DNA from: Lepidodermella squamata
Lineage: Eukaryota; Animalia; Gastrotricha
Assembly (NCBI GenBank): GCA_047495785.1
Contig: JBLDXI010000019.1
Location: 3,162,001-3,226,000 of the forward strand
DNA length: 64,000 nucleotides
Reading direction: 5' to 3'
In this document: piece by piece, positions 39,501-50,124 of the stretch
Position numbering within the stretch: position 1 is the stretch's first letter
Layout: every line of letters starts with the position of its first letter
Position numbers and translations under genes: made by a program
The notes under the pieces: generated by a model
Seen by the model: only the letters and a program-made list of their open reading frames with translations
Databases searched by the model: none
What the model was told of the DNA's origin: nothing

Positions 39501-40285
39501 TGCTAAAATAGACATTTTTTCGAAAATCTAAGGGCTTCGTGTAAGGGTGCGGTCAATCTTCCTGAACTGGGGCCTTACATATTTTTCCTACCCACCTAGG
39601 CACCACTCAACGTTGTAGGCTTTGTGACGAAGGATGTTGAATAAAATTCCCCAAATTGTATCGGCTACGTCTCGGTTTGATAGAATTTGACCCTCAGTTA
39701 TGAACGAAACATGTACCGACAATTCAGAGAACTTCAACTCTCAGTTGTCGCGTCATTTGAGCAACCAACATTTTGATAAAAATATTTTGCCATGTTTCTG
39801 AGCGAAAATTAAGAATTATTTACTCACTTGATCGCCTTCTGAAAAAAAATCAAGATTTTTCCTTCATTTATTATTATTATGACGATTTGCTCTCAAATCG
39901 TTGCTCATAGATCGCGTGCTCGCAAGTCATAGAAACTTGAATGAAAATTCCTGAATTGCCGGGTCGGTTTAAGAGTTGCCGCAGCAAATTCAGGGTAATT
40001 TTCTCACTTTTCGTGTTCTAAGTTGTCGCTTGAAAAATTTAAATTATATTTTTCTGATTTGTCGCGCTTTGAGCTGTCGCTCAGAGAAATAGCGCGATAT
40101 TCTTCCGAGTTGTCGTAGCTATATCTGAATGTTCGATTTCCGGACTTCGTGGCGCCGAATAAAAATGTAAAAAAATCCAGCTTAATTTTTTCGTAAAACT
40201 TGATTTTTTTCTTTTTGTTTTCCCTCACGCTTTTTAGTTTACCCACGATTATTTTACTTGATTTCAATCATCGATTGGCGATCTC

Positions 40286-43200
40286 ATGGCGACGACCAGC
40301 GGCTATTTCGCGTCGCCCTCCCCGTCGCAGGTGATCGCAGCCAACAACGCCAACGCCCTTCGCGAACTGGCGCTCATCGAACTCGAGCAATTACGCCACG
40401 AAACCGAACGAGTGCTATGCCGCCATCAGCAAACAAATCAGGCGGCGCCGTCTCAGCCCGCCGCCCGCCCGGCCCTCGTCGAAAAACTACTGCCAACCTA
40501 CCGAGCCTTGCTAGCTAGGCACAACATTCTGGTGAAGCAAAAAATCGGCTCTGGCAGTTATTCGAAAGTTCGCCTGGCTTTTCGCATTGTGCCAGCGTCA
40601 ACGTTCGGCTACCATCCGCTGAATGGCTCGTCGTCGAATTCGCTGCATTCGAACTTTAGCAGCAGCAATATGCCGGCGATTGATCTAGCCCAGCCAGAGT
40701 ACCTGCCTAGCAAGTACGATGAAATTCGACTCGACCCAGTTGCGGTTAAAATTGTTGATCGCCGTCGAGGTAAGCAGGAAATTGTGATTTATTGTGTCAT
40801 TTGGGGAAAAAATCATTACCAAATTATTGCATTCAGTACCAAACTTGATTGAATTCAATGATGACCGTACCAAATTATTCCAATCACTTCTAAATTTCCA
40901 ATTCGAAGGCCCAGCCTTCAACACTAACCTAACCCAAACCTAACCCTAACCTAACCCTAACCTAACCCTAACCTAACCCTAACCTAACCTAACCCTAACC
41001 TAACCTAACCTTTATCCTAACCCTAACCCTAACCAGTTAAATAACGAATAAAATGGTTTGGTATTGAATTAAATGAAATTTGGTATCGGCGTAAGATATT
41101 CCCAAATTTTTTCTTCTTTTTGAAATTTACAAGAAAATTATAAACATTTCCGGAATTAATGATCGATAAAAAATTGATTTTCTTAATTTAGTACTGAATT
41201 TTTCTAATTTTTTTGCAATTACGGCTTTCCTTTTTGATCGTGCTCCCATAGCCGTGGGAATTTTAATTAGCTACACTTTCTGGGTGGAATTAATATCGCA
41301 TCTGCCAGCTGAAGCATACATACCTCCCCAAACTCGTTTGGTTAATAAAATTTAAAATATAATATTAAAATTGGACTGGGAAACGTGAAACTGTAGAGAA
41401 ACCCTTGTGGGAAAATTAAAGCCTTGAAAATATTCGAAACCAGCATTTTTAAAATAACTTTTAACCGGGGCGAAATCAATTCAAGAGTAGTTTGCTAAAT
41501 TTTGCAAACATTTCGTAAATCACCTGAGATCTCGAACGGTTCACTGAACGAATTATTTAATATTTCGAATTTTGTGGTTCTTCAAATTAAGACAACTCCG
41601 TTTTAATTTCGTTTTGAATAATTTGAAAAATTTGGATAAATAAATGCCCTCGGAAATGTTTGCCATTATGATTCATCTATTTCTTAGTGCAAAGTTGTAC
41701 TGGAAAGTTTACTTTGAACTGGCCAAATTTCTTTCAACCGATCTCAGTAAACCACCAAATAACCTTCTAACTGAAGGTTTTAGGTCCGATTTTAGTATCC
41801 AACTTTTGATTGGAATATTTCTCTGTTGGATCGATTTTAGGATATGATCGATATTTTGGGATCAGAGTGGCTTGCAGCTGAGATTGATGTCAATCATCTG
41901 CGATTTAATCAACATTTTTGCGCAATTTCGCAAAGTCAAAAGCCAGAGAGTGTTATTCCGTTAAATTTTCCACATCCTGAAAATAATTTCTAGTCTAAGC
42001 AAATTGCTCACCTGAGATGACATTTCCTGTATTCCTGTTACGGAAAAATTCTTCCAAATTTTTAACTGATAATTTTGAAAATTTCAACAAATTTTAAGCT
42101 GCTAGCTATTTTGATGATCAATTTGTATTTTTAAATATTTTTTTTCAGTTTTTTAGTTTTCAGCTGAATATTGTTTTCTGTTTTTTTGCCTAGCTCCGAA
42201 GGATTACCAGACGCGATTTATGCCGCGCGAACTCGACATATGGGGCACGCTGCGCCACCCGAACATCGTTCGGCTGCACGAAATTTTTACGGATTCGCTC
42301 GACCGATTCGTTTTCATGGTGTCCGAGTACGTCGAGGGCGGCGACTGCCTGCGCTACGTGCAGCGCGTCGGCTCGCTCGCCGAACCCACCGCCTGCCACT
42401 GGGTTGCTCAGGTAAGACCGCGGTGCATTTTTTTCGGTTCAGCGAACGGTTTGACCTAGCTCAGGTCTCAGGTGTATCAGACATCGTAGCTAATTGGCTC
42501 GGTCAATGTCCAGTTTGTTTGTTGTAATTGAATTTATTCCCGTATAAGCTAATAATAATGACGAGTCGATGGCCCAATTTTGACAGGTATTTGGCGTTTG
42601 GCGTGGCAAAAAAAGACAATTTCTAAGTAGCTCGTGAGAGGGTTTTGCGGTATTTTCTTATGCCCAATTTTAGCTTCTCTCTAACCGCAGGAAATTAGGC
42701 TGAGTGCTAGTTAGTTTCCTCATAATGGTGCTATTTTATTGGAAAAACATCATGGACGTTAGCGTCCGTAGTGACAGTTCACGTTTTTAGTACATTTTCA
42801 TATTTTAATGGGGTAATCGCTCGCCGAACCCTGCCACTGGGTTGCTCAGGTAAGTTTTTTTGCTAACGGAAGGTTTGACCTAGCTCAAGTGTATCCGAAA
42901 TCGTAACTAATTGGCTCGGTTAATGTCCATTTTGTTTGCTGTAATTAAATTTATTCCCTTAAGCCAAATTGGCAGGTCAAAAAAATCAGGATTTCTAAGT
43001 AGTTCGTGAGGGGTATTTTATGGTATTTTCTTATGCCCAATTTCGGCTTCTCATAAGTCGCAAGAAATTAGGCTGAGTGCTGATTGCTCATTAGTTTTTC
43101 TCGTTAAAGCGCGAATTTATGGTAAAAGAAAAATTATGGACGTTTGCGTCTGCAATGCCGGTTCACTTATGTTTAGGACATTTTAATTGTAATGGGGTAA

Positions 43201-44887
43201 TTTTTATTAACTAGCAGAAAAACAATTTACATGTTGACCAATTTTGTGGATGTAAGTTGAAGCCACATGATAGTATCATGTCTCAACTAATGTACTTACC
43301 TTACACCTGAAAATCATGATGAGTAAAATGAGCGTTTGTTAATTCATTTTAGGGAGCTTACCACTTGCCCAATTTGAAAAATGTTAAAAATTATTTAAAA
43401 CCATTATTTAAAACCAAAGAGTTCGATGCGTTGATAAAATTGTTTTTTTTACTGGCTAATTATTTTCATCATTTGGCGTTATTTTGAAATGGAAAAAAAA
43501 TAATTTCGTTCGATTTTATTCTTCCTGTAGATCTGCTGCGGCGTTCGTTACATGCACGCGAAGGGCGTGTGCCACCGTGATCTCAAGCTGGAAAATTTGT
43601 TCATCGACAAAACAGCGACGCAGATAAAAATCGGCGATCTGGGTTTCGCTCGGCGGTTCGGCAACTCGGCGCGTGAGCTCAGCCAGACGTATTGCGGCTC
43701 GAAATCGTACGCAGCGCCCGAGATTCTACGCGGCGTACCCCATGACGCGAAAAAATCTGACGTGTGGGCCGTGGGTGTTATAGCGTACATCCTACTAACG
43801 GGTAAAATGCCGTTCGACGAGTCGCAGAGCAACCGGCGCATCATCGACGACCAGCGGCAGTTGATTGTGCTCAATTGGAACCGATTTCCGTTACTTTCGC
43901 TCAATTCTCGATCTTTCGTCGATCGCGCACTCACATTTTCGTACAATAAACGGTAAGAAACTACATTCTTTTATTATTTGATATTGAATTGATCCCAAAT
44001 CATTTGCTAAAAAATAACATTGCAAAGTTTTGATTTTTAGTTGAACTCTTAGAGTAAATAAATTTCGTTTGGAATTGATTCAAATTTGATTTAGATTTGA
44101 TCCGGAAATGATTCCTATTTCCTAATGATAAATTTCTAAAGTTTTATTCAAATGTTGCAAATAATTTGATCTGAAGTTGAGTAGAATTTGATCCAAATTT
44201 GATTGATATAACAAATTGATGTTCCTTTTGTTTTTAATTCAAATTTGATCATAAATTCACTCAAGGTCGTAATTTGATCTTCTCTATGTTAAGTTTTGAT
44301 GTATGCACTATTTCAGACCGGCGATTTCTGTGTTGTTGGCTCATGATTGGCTGAAGCCGCACGGCGGTATGATTGCCAAATTGGAAGCAACGCTGAACCC
44401 GAACCATGGCATACTCGCCCCAATGCAATCAACCCCAATCACCCATCAGCCTGCTCAGCCGCGCGTTGTTAGATCCACTCAACATGTCCCGCATCAAGCC
44501 GCGCCTTACAAGCGGCCGTTCCTGTTGACTGAACAATTTCATCAGCAAGCGCCGCCAAATTTCGACTCAGTCAACGATACGAGCGATCCAATGGTTGTAA
44601 CCTCCCCTCCCGGTGCGCCTCGAGGTCAAGTTAGAATGGATACAGCGCCAAGCTTGGCTTCACCCGTGATCGGAAATTTACGAAACGGCACTTCAACGTC
44701 ATCATCCGCTGCCACGACTCCGATCTCTGCATGTCCGACGGACCAAGCCAGTTTCGAGCGCATGTTTGGCAAAGCTATTGTTACTCTATATCCGGGACTC
44801 GTTCCAACTCACAATTGCTCACCCCAGTGCCAGTGTGGTGGTGGCTTGAACCCGTCGCGATTCGGTTTTCGAATCGGCTCATCGTGA
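40286..44887 (+). CDS. TSSK: Testis-specific serine/threonine kinase family (TSSK-like), 564 aa. Exons 40286-40769, 42194-42411, 43531-43952, 44317-44887
   Basis: IGSGSYSKV, VAVKIVDRRR|APKDYQTRFMPRELDI, HRDLKLEN, DLGFAR, LSQTYCGSKSYAAPEILRG.P..KKSDVW. Exons sum to 1695 nt, in frame. Confidence 0.88.
40924..41034. repeat. Mixed CCTAA/CCCTAA telomere-like tract within TSSK intron 1, bracketed by imperfect inverted repeats (~40836-41087)
   Basis: ctaaccctaacctaaccctaacctaaccctaa... with flanks TACCAAA..TGAATT and TTTGGTA. Confidence 0.75.
42373..43200 (+). repeat. Diverged tandem duplication (42373-42816 and 42817-43200) that copies the end of TSSK exon 2 and its donor site
   Basis: TCGCTCGCCGAACCC..TGCCACTGGGTTGCTCAGGTAAG occurs twice, followed by collinear intron sequence ending AATGGGGTAA in both copies. 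Confidence 0.85.
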
Positions 44888-45482
44888 GAAGTGACCTCAA
44901 TTTTTCTCGTTAGAAGCTGTGATAACACGCCTGCTCCGGTCTAATATACGTTACAGTCTATATCGTTGTTCATCTCGTCAAATTCTATATAGCAGTCGCT
45001 CTTTCAAAACTCACCGGACAGATAATGTGAAGGATTTTATTTTTCCTAGTAACAAACTCGCATGCGGAAAAAGTTTTTCTGTTTCTCATCAATATTTTTC
45101 TCTGTTGAGCTTAAAGCGTCGGCTGTGTTGTTAATGCGATACACTTATGTTAAGACTCGATGACAGTAAATAAAACAATCAGCGACGCGGTGGAAAAATA
45201 TCGACTTGTTACGCTTCGGCGGCTCGATGAAACTTGCGTCACACTTTGACGCGCGTGATCGGTAATCGCTGCATCACACCTTGTTTACCCGCGCATTTGT
45301 CGCAGCGTCGCAGTTGACGCATCAGCGTTATGTTTGCGCACGCGCGCTTTTGATCTACGTATAGGTTACACAATCGCAGCACTCACATGGGTACCAGACG
45401 CGGTAATTAAGAAGCACAGGGTAAACAAACCGGCAAGCCCCACATCGGGTCAATCCGGTATTGCCTTGATAATGTCCTAAAA

Positions 45483-46928
45483 ATGAGAATAATTACATCC
45501 GTTCTAGTCCTACTCCTTTCCTTGTCTATTTTACTCGAAGACAGATTTTACCTGGTTCAAACTTACGAAGTCTCGTGTGAAGTCCAGCTATCGGATGCTT
45601 ATAAGTGGGGAACAAGTGCGGCGATTACAGCCGCTGCAGTTCTTCTCGGCACAGTGCCAACTTTAACTATAAACCCTCCCGCAATTGGTCAATTTATCGG
45701 TGTTACTACTACAGCTGTCTTGCGTTTACTCTGGCCATTAATCATCGGAGCGAACGATCATTGCGCCAGAGATGCGTTGCAAGTCGCATGGCGCCAGGCT
45801 GAGTTGATGACCAATATCAAACTCAGCAACTACACCCTGGAGAAACGAAAGCGCTTTTTCGACGGAATGAGTGATACCGCGAAAAGAGCCTACGAATGGC
45901 TTCCAATTATCAAGGACCCATCTTTAAGTGACGACGCAAGGAAAGCTGCTTACCAGGAGTATTACGAGGCGCTCGAGTTCATTTACTTCAGAGCTAACGA
46001 TGAAAGAGCAGTGTTTTTTGAAGGGTCCTCTTCTTCTGCGGACAGTGGCCCAGCGGCGGTGCAACAAGCCGCTGAATTCTTCATGTATATTCGCGAGCTT
46101 TCATTCATGCAGCTGGGAGTAGCAGTTGAAATGGCTGGTAACCCTTTGCTGTCGCCAATAGCAAAACAAAAGTTGACGGCAGACATCCAAGAAGATGCGA
46201 TGTTCTACTGGAAAGCTGGCCACTCAGCTATTGAGAAAATCGTCCGGTGTTTACCTAATGACCGAATCGGCCCGGCTAGATTAGCGTTGACAGTCCACCT
46301 TAAGCCGATGTTTGATTTCGTGGGGAAGCTAGCCTTTAAATCCAGTCCGTTCACATATCGAAAGGCACTGGTTTATAAGCCGATTACTAGCGGTGACTAC
46401 ATCGCCCTTCGGCTGAATGATGGAAGTTACGAGGGGTTTGAAAAGGTTTTTCGAAGATCAGTCCCGCAAACTCAGCCTCAAAATGCGGATTCGTGCCCGA
46501 GATGCGGCTGGGATTTGTTTGACCACAGATTTTCGCCCGAGTCTGGCCCAGATCCCAGTATGCCGACGAGCCAATCGTGGCGATGTAGGGATAGTGTTTA
46601 TCACGTGACAAATTACCAAGATATGGGAGTTCCAATTCTTACCTGCGAGAATATCATAATTACATACAGAAAGGAACAGGTATATAGGTATGTTTTTACT
46701 ACGAATATCAAATATTTTGAAAATAATTTTGAATTTTTTAGTGAGGACTTGAGCCAACTTGCCCAGTTCATGATTTTGGCCACAAATGACACTGCTCAAG
46801 ACCCAGCTAAACGGCGGGAAATTAACTGTGGCTCTCCAATTCTGGATCGGGATCACGTCCTTTTAGTTCCGACGCCAGAATGGTCTGGAAAAGTGTCAAC
46901 TATTGACGCTATCATTTTGAAGGCTTAA
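45483..46928 (+). CDS. Secreted Cry-domain-I-like / beta-trefoil-like protein, paralogue 1 (481 aa unspliced; 463 aa if intron 46688-46741 is removed)
   Basis: Signal peptide, hydrophobic hairpin ending LLWP, E.MTN.K.SN..L....FDG, helix RELSFMQLGVA, then SGDYIALR, CPRCGWDLFD and PILDRD. An AT-rich GTATGT...TTTTTTAG 54-bp in-frame intron sits at the same site and phase as the intron of paralogue 4. Confidence 0.85.
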   Translation: MRIITSVLVLLLSLSILLEDRFYLVQTYEVSCEVQLSDAYKWGTSAAITAAAVLLGTVPTLTINPPAIGQFIGVTTTAVLRLLWPLIIGANDHCARDALQVAWRQAELMTNIKLSNYTLEKRKRFFDGMSDTAKRAYEWLPIIKDPSLSDDARKAAYQEYYEALEFIYFRANDERAVFFEGSSSSADSGPAAVQQAAEFFMYIRELSFMQLGVAVEMAGNPLLSPIAKQKLTADIQEDAMFYWKAGHSAIEKIVRCLPNDRIGPARLALTVHLKPMFDFVGKLAFKSSPFTYRKALVYKPITSGDYIALRLNDGSYEGFEKVFRRSVPQTQPQNADSCPRCGWDLFDHRFSPESGPDPSMPTSQSWRCRDSVYHVTNYQDMGVPILTCENIIITYRKEQVYRYVFTTNIKYFENNFEFFSEDLSQLAQFMILATNDTAQDPAKRREINCGSPILDRDHVLLVPTPEWSGKVSTIDAIILKA

Positions 46929-46999
46929 AGCTATTTTCAGTAAATTAGAGTATTATTTATTCATTCATTTTCATATTTTTAGGAATTTTAATTGAAAAA

Positions 47000-48448
47000 A
47001 TGAGGGCCAACTTCATATGGAATTTCGGCATAATTTCCGGTTTTTTCCTGTATTACTCCTCCGATTGCCAAATTTACGAAGTTTCATGCGAAGTCGCGCA
47101 GTCTGATGCGTACAAATGGGGTACCAGCTCTGCCTTCATGCTATCATCAGTCGCTTTAGGTGCCGTCCCGCCTCTCACCATTCTTCGCCCACCTGGCGCC
47201 GGAAACGCCGTTGGAGCCGCCACTACGGCGTTATGGCGCTTCTTATGGCCAATGATCATCGGGCAAAACGACCACTGCGTTGCTAGGGCGATTCGCGAAA
47301 TGATGCAACGATTCGAGATGATGACTAATCAAAAAGTTAACAACGTTACCATGGAAGAAATTCGGCGTTGGTTTGACGGGCATGCTGATACTGCGAAAAA
47401 GGTCTATGAATGGATTCCTATAATCAGAAGTGCTAAGGACGATACTACTAGACGGGATGCGTCTATTGAATTCTTGAAGGGGTTAAAATACCTGTATTAC
47501 TCAGCTAACGAGGCTCGGGATTCATTTGTCGAGGGAGCGATTGCTCAATCGGCGAGTTTCTTAGCCCTCCGAGAACTGGCGTTCCTTCAGTTCGGAGTTT
47601 CGGCCGAGATTGTCGCGAATAAATTCACGCCAGATGTTGTCAAGAAGAAATTTCTAGAAGACTACAAAGAAGACGTTGAGTTCTACTGGAAATCGAGCCA
47701 TGTTGCCGTTGAAAAACTCGTCCGATGCCTGCCGAATGACGATATTGCTAAAGCAAGAGCTGGCTTGTCTAGCTATCTCAGGCCATTGTACGATTTTGCG
47801 TATAAATTCATTGAAAAAAACGGATCTGTGGTCTACTCGCGGCAAGCTGTGTACAAACCTGTTACTAGTGGAGATTTCGTCGCTTTGAGGCAGAATGATG
47901 GGAAATTGGTTGTTTTCGAGGGTATCTACCGGTTGCCCGTTCACAGAGAATCGCCGGCCACACGGGAACCGTTCAACTCAACTTGCCCCGTTTGCGGCTG
48001 GGACTTATTTGACGACCGTTATTCGCCTAATAGCAATTTTATCGAAAAATCCTTCCCATGCCGAGATTCGATTTTCGACATATTGAATGGGCAGCAATTC
48101 GGTACTCCAATCAAAACCTGTGAAACAGTTGCCCTCAGCTACCGGCCGCAATTCATCCGCCAGCAAATTCAAAAAAGGAGGGCGAAGCTCAAGGCTGAAA
48201 TGGCTGAGAAAAAGGACGATGTTGAGGCAAGTGGGATAATTCAGAACGCCGAGGCGGCTATTTCGATACTAGTCGATGCGCAAATGCAGCCGCCGTTGTT
48301 TGTGGTGAGCGGTTACAATGAAACGACTAATGAGTTACTTCAGTGTGGACGGGTCGTGCTCAACCGGGACCGCATCCAGCTCACGCCTGTATCGGCATGG
48401 CTCAACAAAGTAAACACACTTGACGTTGTTATTCTTAAAGCCGAATGA
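47000..48448 (+). CDS. Secreted Cry-domain-I-like / beta-trefoil-like protein, paralogue 2 (482 aa, apparently intronless)
   Basis: Full-length homology to the other three paralogues (QIYEVSC, YKWGT, FLWP, KLVRCLPN, CPVCGWDLFD, LDVVILKA). Confidence 0.87.
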   Translation: MRANFIWNFGIISGFFLYYSSDCQIYEVSCEVAQSDAYKWGTSSAFMLSSVALGAVPPLTILRPPGAGNAVGAATTALWRFLWPMIIGQNDHCVARAIREMMQRFEMMTNQKVNNVTMEEIRRWFDGHADTAKKVYEWIPIIRSAKDDTTRRDASIEFLKGLKYLYYSANEARDSFVEGAIAQSASFLALRELAFLQFGVSAEIVANKFTPDVVKKKFLEDYKEDVEFYWKSSHVAVEKLVRCLPNDDIAKARAGLSSYLRPLYDFAYKFIEKNGSVVYSRQAVYKPVTSGDFVALRQNDGKLVVFEGIYRLPVHRESPATREPFNSTCPVCGWDLFDDRYSPNSNFIEKSFPCRDSIFDILNGQQFGTPIKTCETVALSYRPQFIRQQIQKRRAKLKAEMAEKKDDVEASGIIQNAEAAISILVDAQMQPPLFVVSGYNETTNELLQCGRVVLNRDRIQLTPVSAWLNKVNTLDVVILKAE

Positions 48449-48568
48449 TTGCTCATCAAATACTCAGCTTTTGCAACCAAATAAAACGATATTTGCTTTC
48501 TTATAAGAGGTTTTGCGTGCTGATTATTACAGGGTGAATAATTGATAGGAAAAGTCATTTCACCGAAA

Positions 48569-49957
48569 ATGGCTACTAAATTTTACAAAATTTTGTTTTT
48601 TCTAACCCTAATTTTGTCGAACGAGGTTTTGAATTACTGCAGAGCTCAAATTTATGATGTTTCGTGCGAAACTCAAAGCAGCCTCGGCTACAAGCTTGGG
48701 GCCCAAAACGGCTCGATTAATCTGCTGGTTTTTCTCCTGACTGCGATTCCGGCTCTATCTGGTGCGGATAGACTTACTCGCGCCTTACTCGGCCCTATGA
48801 CTGGTTACATAATGCGAGCGATCTGGCCACTTCTCATCGGGCAGAACAGCCATTGTACCCAGGAAAGTATGGCTAAAGCCCAAAAACTCATTGAAGCTAA
48901 CACCGATTTACAACTCACGAATCACACGTTGGAGAAACATCGCAGATTATTCGAAGGACTGGCCCATACTGCGAATAAAGCCTACGCGTGGTTACCAATC
49001 ATCCAATCAGCGCAAACTAGCGAGTCGGACAAAAGAATCGCGCTAGCTGAGTATTATGAAGAGCTCGGATTTTTGTACCTTCGCACAAATGATGTCCGGT
49101 CAAATTATATTGAAGCTTCTTCCGATTTCCAGCAGCAGGAAAAATCGGCCGCTGATTTATTCGTTATGATGCGAGAACTGGGATTTCTTCAACTCGGCGT
49201 CGCCTCGGAGCTAGCTGTATCTCCTTTGATTAGGTCTGAATCAGTAAGGACCAAGTTGATGAACGATCTCAAAGAAGATGCGACTTTCTATTGGAGAATC
49301 AGCCATTCAGCCGTGGAGAAGTTGGTTAGATGCCTACCAAATGATAGGATTGGGCCCGCGAGAAGTGATTTGTTGAACCACCTCGCTCCTCTACTTCAAT
49401 ATACTGGAAAACTGGCTTTTCAGGACAAAGCTTTGACTTACAACAGGTCGCTGGTTTACGACCCCCTTTTCAGCGGAGATTTCATCGCTCTACGGCAAAA
49501 TGATGGTATTTTAGCTCCATTCGAATCGATTTTCAAGCTACCAAGGAAATCATCAGAAGGGCCTAATTTGTGCCCTAAATGTGGCTGGGATTTGTTTGAT
49601 AAGCGATATGAAAAACCTGAATTTCTGCTAAAATGTCGCGACAATATTTTCGTGATAACCACCGAACAGCCGCTTGCAGTGCCCGGGTCTCAAATCAGGA
49701 CTTGTGACATGGTTTCTATCGACTATCGGCGCGAGACTCAAATTCCGCATTTTCCGACTGCTAAACCTAAGTTTTTCTTCTTGACATCATTCAATGAAAC
49801 TACGAACAAGCCGAAACCATGCGGTCAGCCGATTTTAGACCGCGACCGAATCCAGCTGACGCCAATGAAGCGGAAAAACGCGAATGATGACGCGAAGATC
49901 GAGTACTCAATCCCTCGCACTACCTCTCTTGATTTTGTGTTGATTAAAGCGAGCTAG
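48569..49957 (+). CDS. Secreted Cry-domain-I-like / beta-trefoil-like protein, paralogue 3 (462 aa from ATG 48569, intronless)
   Basis: Signal MATKFYKILFFLTLILS...; IWPLLIGQN, RELGFLQLGVA, SGDFIALR, CPKCGWDLFD, CGQPILDRDRIQLTP. Confidence 0.87.
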   Translation: MATKFYKILFFLTLILSNEVLNYCRAQIYDVSCETQSSLGYKLGAQNGSINLLVFLLTAIPALSGADRLTRALLGPMTGYIMRAIWPLLIGQNSHCTQESMAKAQKLIEANTDLQLTNHTLEKHRRLFEGLAHTANKAYAWLPIIQSAQTSESDKRIALAEYYEELGFLYLRTNDVRSNYIEASSDFQQQEKSAADLFVMMRELGFLQLGVASELAVSPLIRSESVRTKLMNDLKEDATFYWRISHSAVEKLVRCLPNDRIGPARSDLLNHLAPLLQYTGKLAFQDKALTYNRSLVYDPLFSGDFIALRQNDGILAPFESIFKLPRKSSEGPNLCPKCGWDLFDKRYEKPEFLLKCRDNIFVITTEQPLAVPGSQIRTCDMVSIDYRRETQIPHFPTAKPKFFFLTSFNETTNKPKPCGQPILDRDRIQLTPMKRKNANDDAKIEYSIPRTTSLDFVLIKAS

Positions 49958-50124
49958 TCAATAAAAGTCACGATTTGCAACAAGTGTTTGTTAATTACTC
50001 AAGTGTTTACTCATGCGCACACAAAGGCGGGTTGATGAGTGGGCGTGCGTGCGTGACCTCATTCCGGGTAATTGCTACACACACCACGCGCAGTTACACG
50101 CACTCACTACTTCTGGTTCACAAA

